From NCBI GenBank assembly GCA_021849075.1, contig JAJZTH010000016.1, positions 1,505-65,504 on the forward strand: a DNA stretch of 64,000 nt, given 5' to 3'. This document shows, one piece after another, positions 63,135 to 64,000 of this stretch. Below the pieces are notes generated by a model. The model saw only the letters and a program-made list of their open reading frames with translations. It did not search any database and was not told the DNA's origin. Source of the stretch: Pseudomonadota bacterium (lineage in GTDB: Bacteria > Pseudomonadota > Alphaproteobacteria > Sphingomonadales > Sphingomonadaceae). The number at the start of each line of letters is the position of its first letter. Position 1 is the first letter of the stretch. The translations under genes were made by a program, and so were the position numbers.

Positions 63135-63950
63135 ATGATGCGGCGTAAGATGGTGATGCTGGCGATGCTGGGCGCGGCGAGCGCCGCCATGGCGCAGGAG
63201 GCCGACGCGCCATCCCCGCCACCATCGCCCGTCACGCTGCGTCTACCCGCGCCCGAAGCGCGACAGGGCGTCGCGTCCGACGGCGTTCATGTCTATGCGA
63301 TCGACAATGACCGGATCGGCAAATATGTCATCGCCACCGGCCAGCGTATCGCCCAATGGCAGGGGGAGCGCCGCCTGTTCCCGCATATGAACAGTTGCAC
63401 CGTGGCGGGGCGCGAACTGGTCTGCGCCGCGTCCAACTATCCCGCCGTGCCCCAGACCAGCGCGATCGAGATTTTCGATACGAAGACGCTGCGCCACCTG
63501 CGCACCGTCAGCCTGGGTTTCGGCCCCGGATCGCTGACCGTGCTGGATCGCCATGCCGGCAAATGGTGGGCGGTCTACGCCAATTATGCCGGCAAGGGCG
63601 GGGAGCCGAACCGCGACTATCGCTACACTTTGCTGGTGCGCATGGACGACGCCTTCCGGCAGGAGGCCGCATGGACCTTCCCGCAACCGGTGCTGGCCCG
63701 CTTTGCCCCCTATAGCTGTTCGGGCGCCAGTTGGAGCGCGGATGGCCGCCTCTATGTTGCAGGCCATGATCGCCCGGAAATCTATGAACTGGCGCTGCCG
63801 CAGGCGGGATCGGCGCTGGAATGGAAACGCACCATCGGCATCGCGTCGCCCGGGCAGGCGATCGACTGGGACCCCAAGATCGCAAACCGCCTCTGGTCCG
63901 TCGACCGCAAGGCAACGGCATTGGTCGCCAGCCAGATTCCCCTGCCATAA
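63135..63950 (+). CDS. Secreted hypothetical protein (beta-propeller-like repeats?)
   Basis: AAAAGGGAG SD, then MMRRKMVMLAMLGAASAAMA|QEA. No catalytic motif recognised. Confidence 0.55.
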   Translation: MMRRKMVMLAMLGAASAAMAQEADAPSPPPSPVTLRLPAPEARQGVASDGVHVYAIDNDRIGKYVIATGQRIAQWQGERRLFPHMNSCTVAGRELVCAASNYPAVPQTSAIEIFDTKTLRHLRTVSLGFGPGSLTVLDRHAGKWWAVYANYAGKGGEPNRDYRYTLLVRMDDAFRQEAAWTFPQPVLARFAPYSCSGASWSADGRLYVAGHDRPEIYELALPQAGSALEWKRTIGIASPGQAIDWDPKIANRLWSVDRKATALVASQIPLP

Positions 63951-63966
63951 CAACAGTTATCTAATT

Positions 63967-64000
63967 CCGTTCGGGCTGAGCCTGTCGAAGCCCTGTTCTT
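63967..64000. repeat. Further copy of the CCGTTCGGGCTGAGCCTGTCGAAGCCCTG repeat, cut by the window end
   Basis: 29/29 identical to 39108-39136. Both are preceded by ctaa(c)ttc and followed by (c/t)tctt. Confidence 0.8.

Noticed and set aside
1-64000. CRISPR arrays, IS elements/transposases, integrases, prophage genes, rRNA
   Set aside because: None found. There are no regularly spaced direct repeats and no ORF with DDE/tyrosine-recombinase/phage hallmarks. The only repeats are the short REP-like hairpins and the 36-nt element listed above.

Overview
This is a 64-kb high-GC chromosomal segment. The gene content suggests a Sphingomonadaceae-type alphaproteobacterium (inference): four TonB-dependent receptors, a gentisate pathway, a phoR-pstSCAB-phoU-phoB locus, and a recurring CCGTTCG..CTGAGC..GTCGAAG intergenic repeat. 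I can support about 57 protein-coding genes, one tRNA-Arg(UCU) and one frameshifted arylsulfatase pseudogene. I found no rRNA, CRISPR array, transposase, integrase or phage genes. Gene order is as follows. (1) HerA-like ATPase (partial), then hflK-hflC-degP. (2) apbC, a GNAT acetyltransferase, a CoA-binding protein, an orphan IorB-like molybdoenzyme subunit coupled to hemH, phbB, and a small RHH protein. (3) An iron-uptake block: catecholate-type TBDR, tonB and piuC, with repeated ATTCGCA(T/A)TAG operator-like sites. (4) ilvD and an L,D-transpeptidase. (5) A lower-GC two-gene islet encoding an orphan lipoprotein and a 66-aa protein. (6) ahpCF and a TetR regulator. (7) A glycan-utilisation-like locus: GH3, TBDR, broken arylsulfatase, DUF1593 and MFS. 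(8) IclR and LacI regulators followed by a gentisate operon with an appended Tat-sulfatase. (9) A Pho-box-preceded TBDR-GlpQ operon. (10) tRNA-Arg, yhhQ, a PAS-GGDEF protein, truA-fmt, recR, def and pyrC. (11) The pho/pst locus. (12) The most unusual region, 56.6-64 kb. It starts with a Tat-signal small protein and a highly structured 278-bp spacer. Next come a GT4 glycosyltransferase and a translationally coupled trio: a PqqD-like protein, an HprK-related kinase and a PF14907-like nucleotidyltransferase (HPr-rel-A type) with no visible substrate gene. The region ends with a secreted EEP-family enzyme coupled to an unclassified outer-membrane barrel, and a secreted propeller-like protein. All calls come from reading the sequence and ORF translations; no searches were run.
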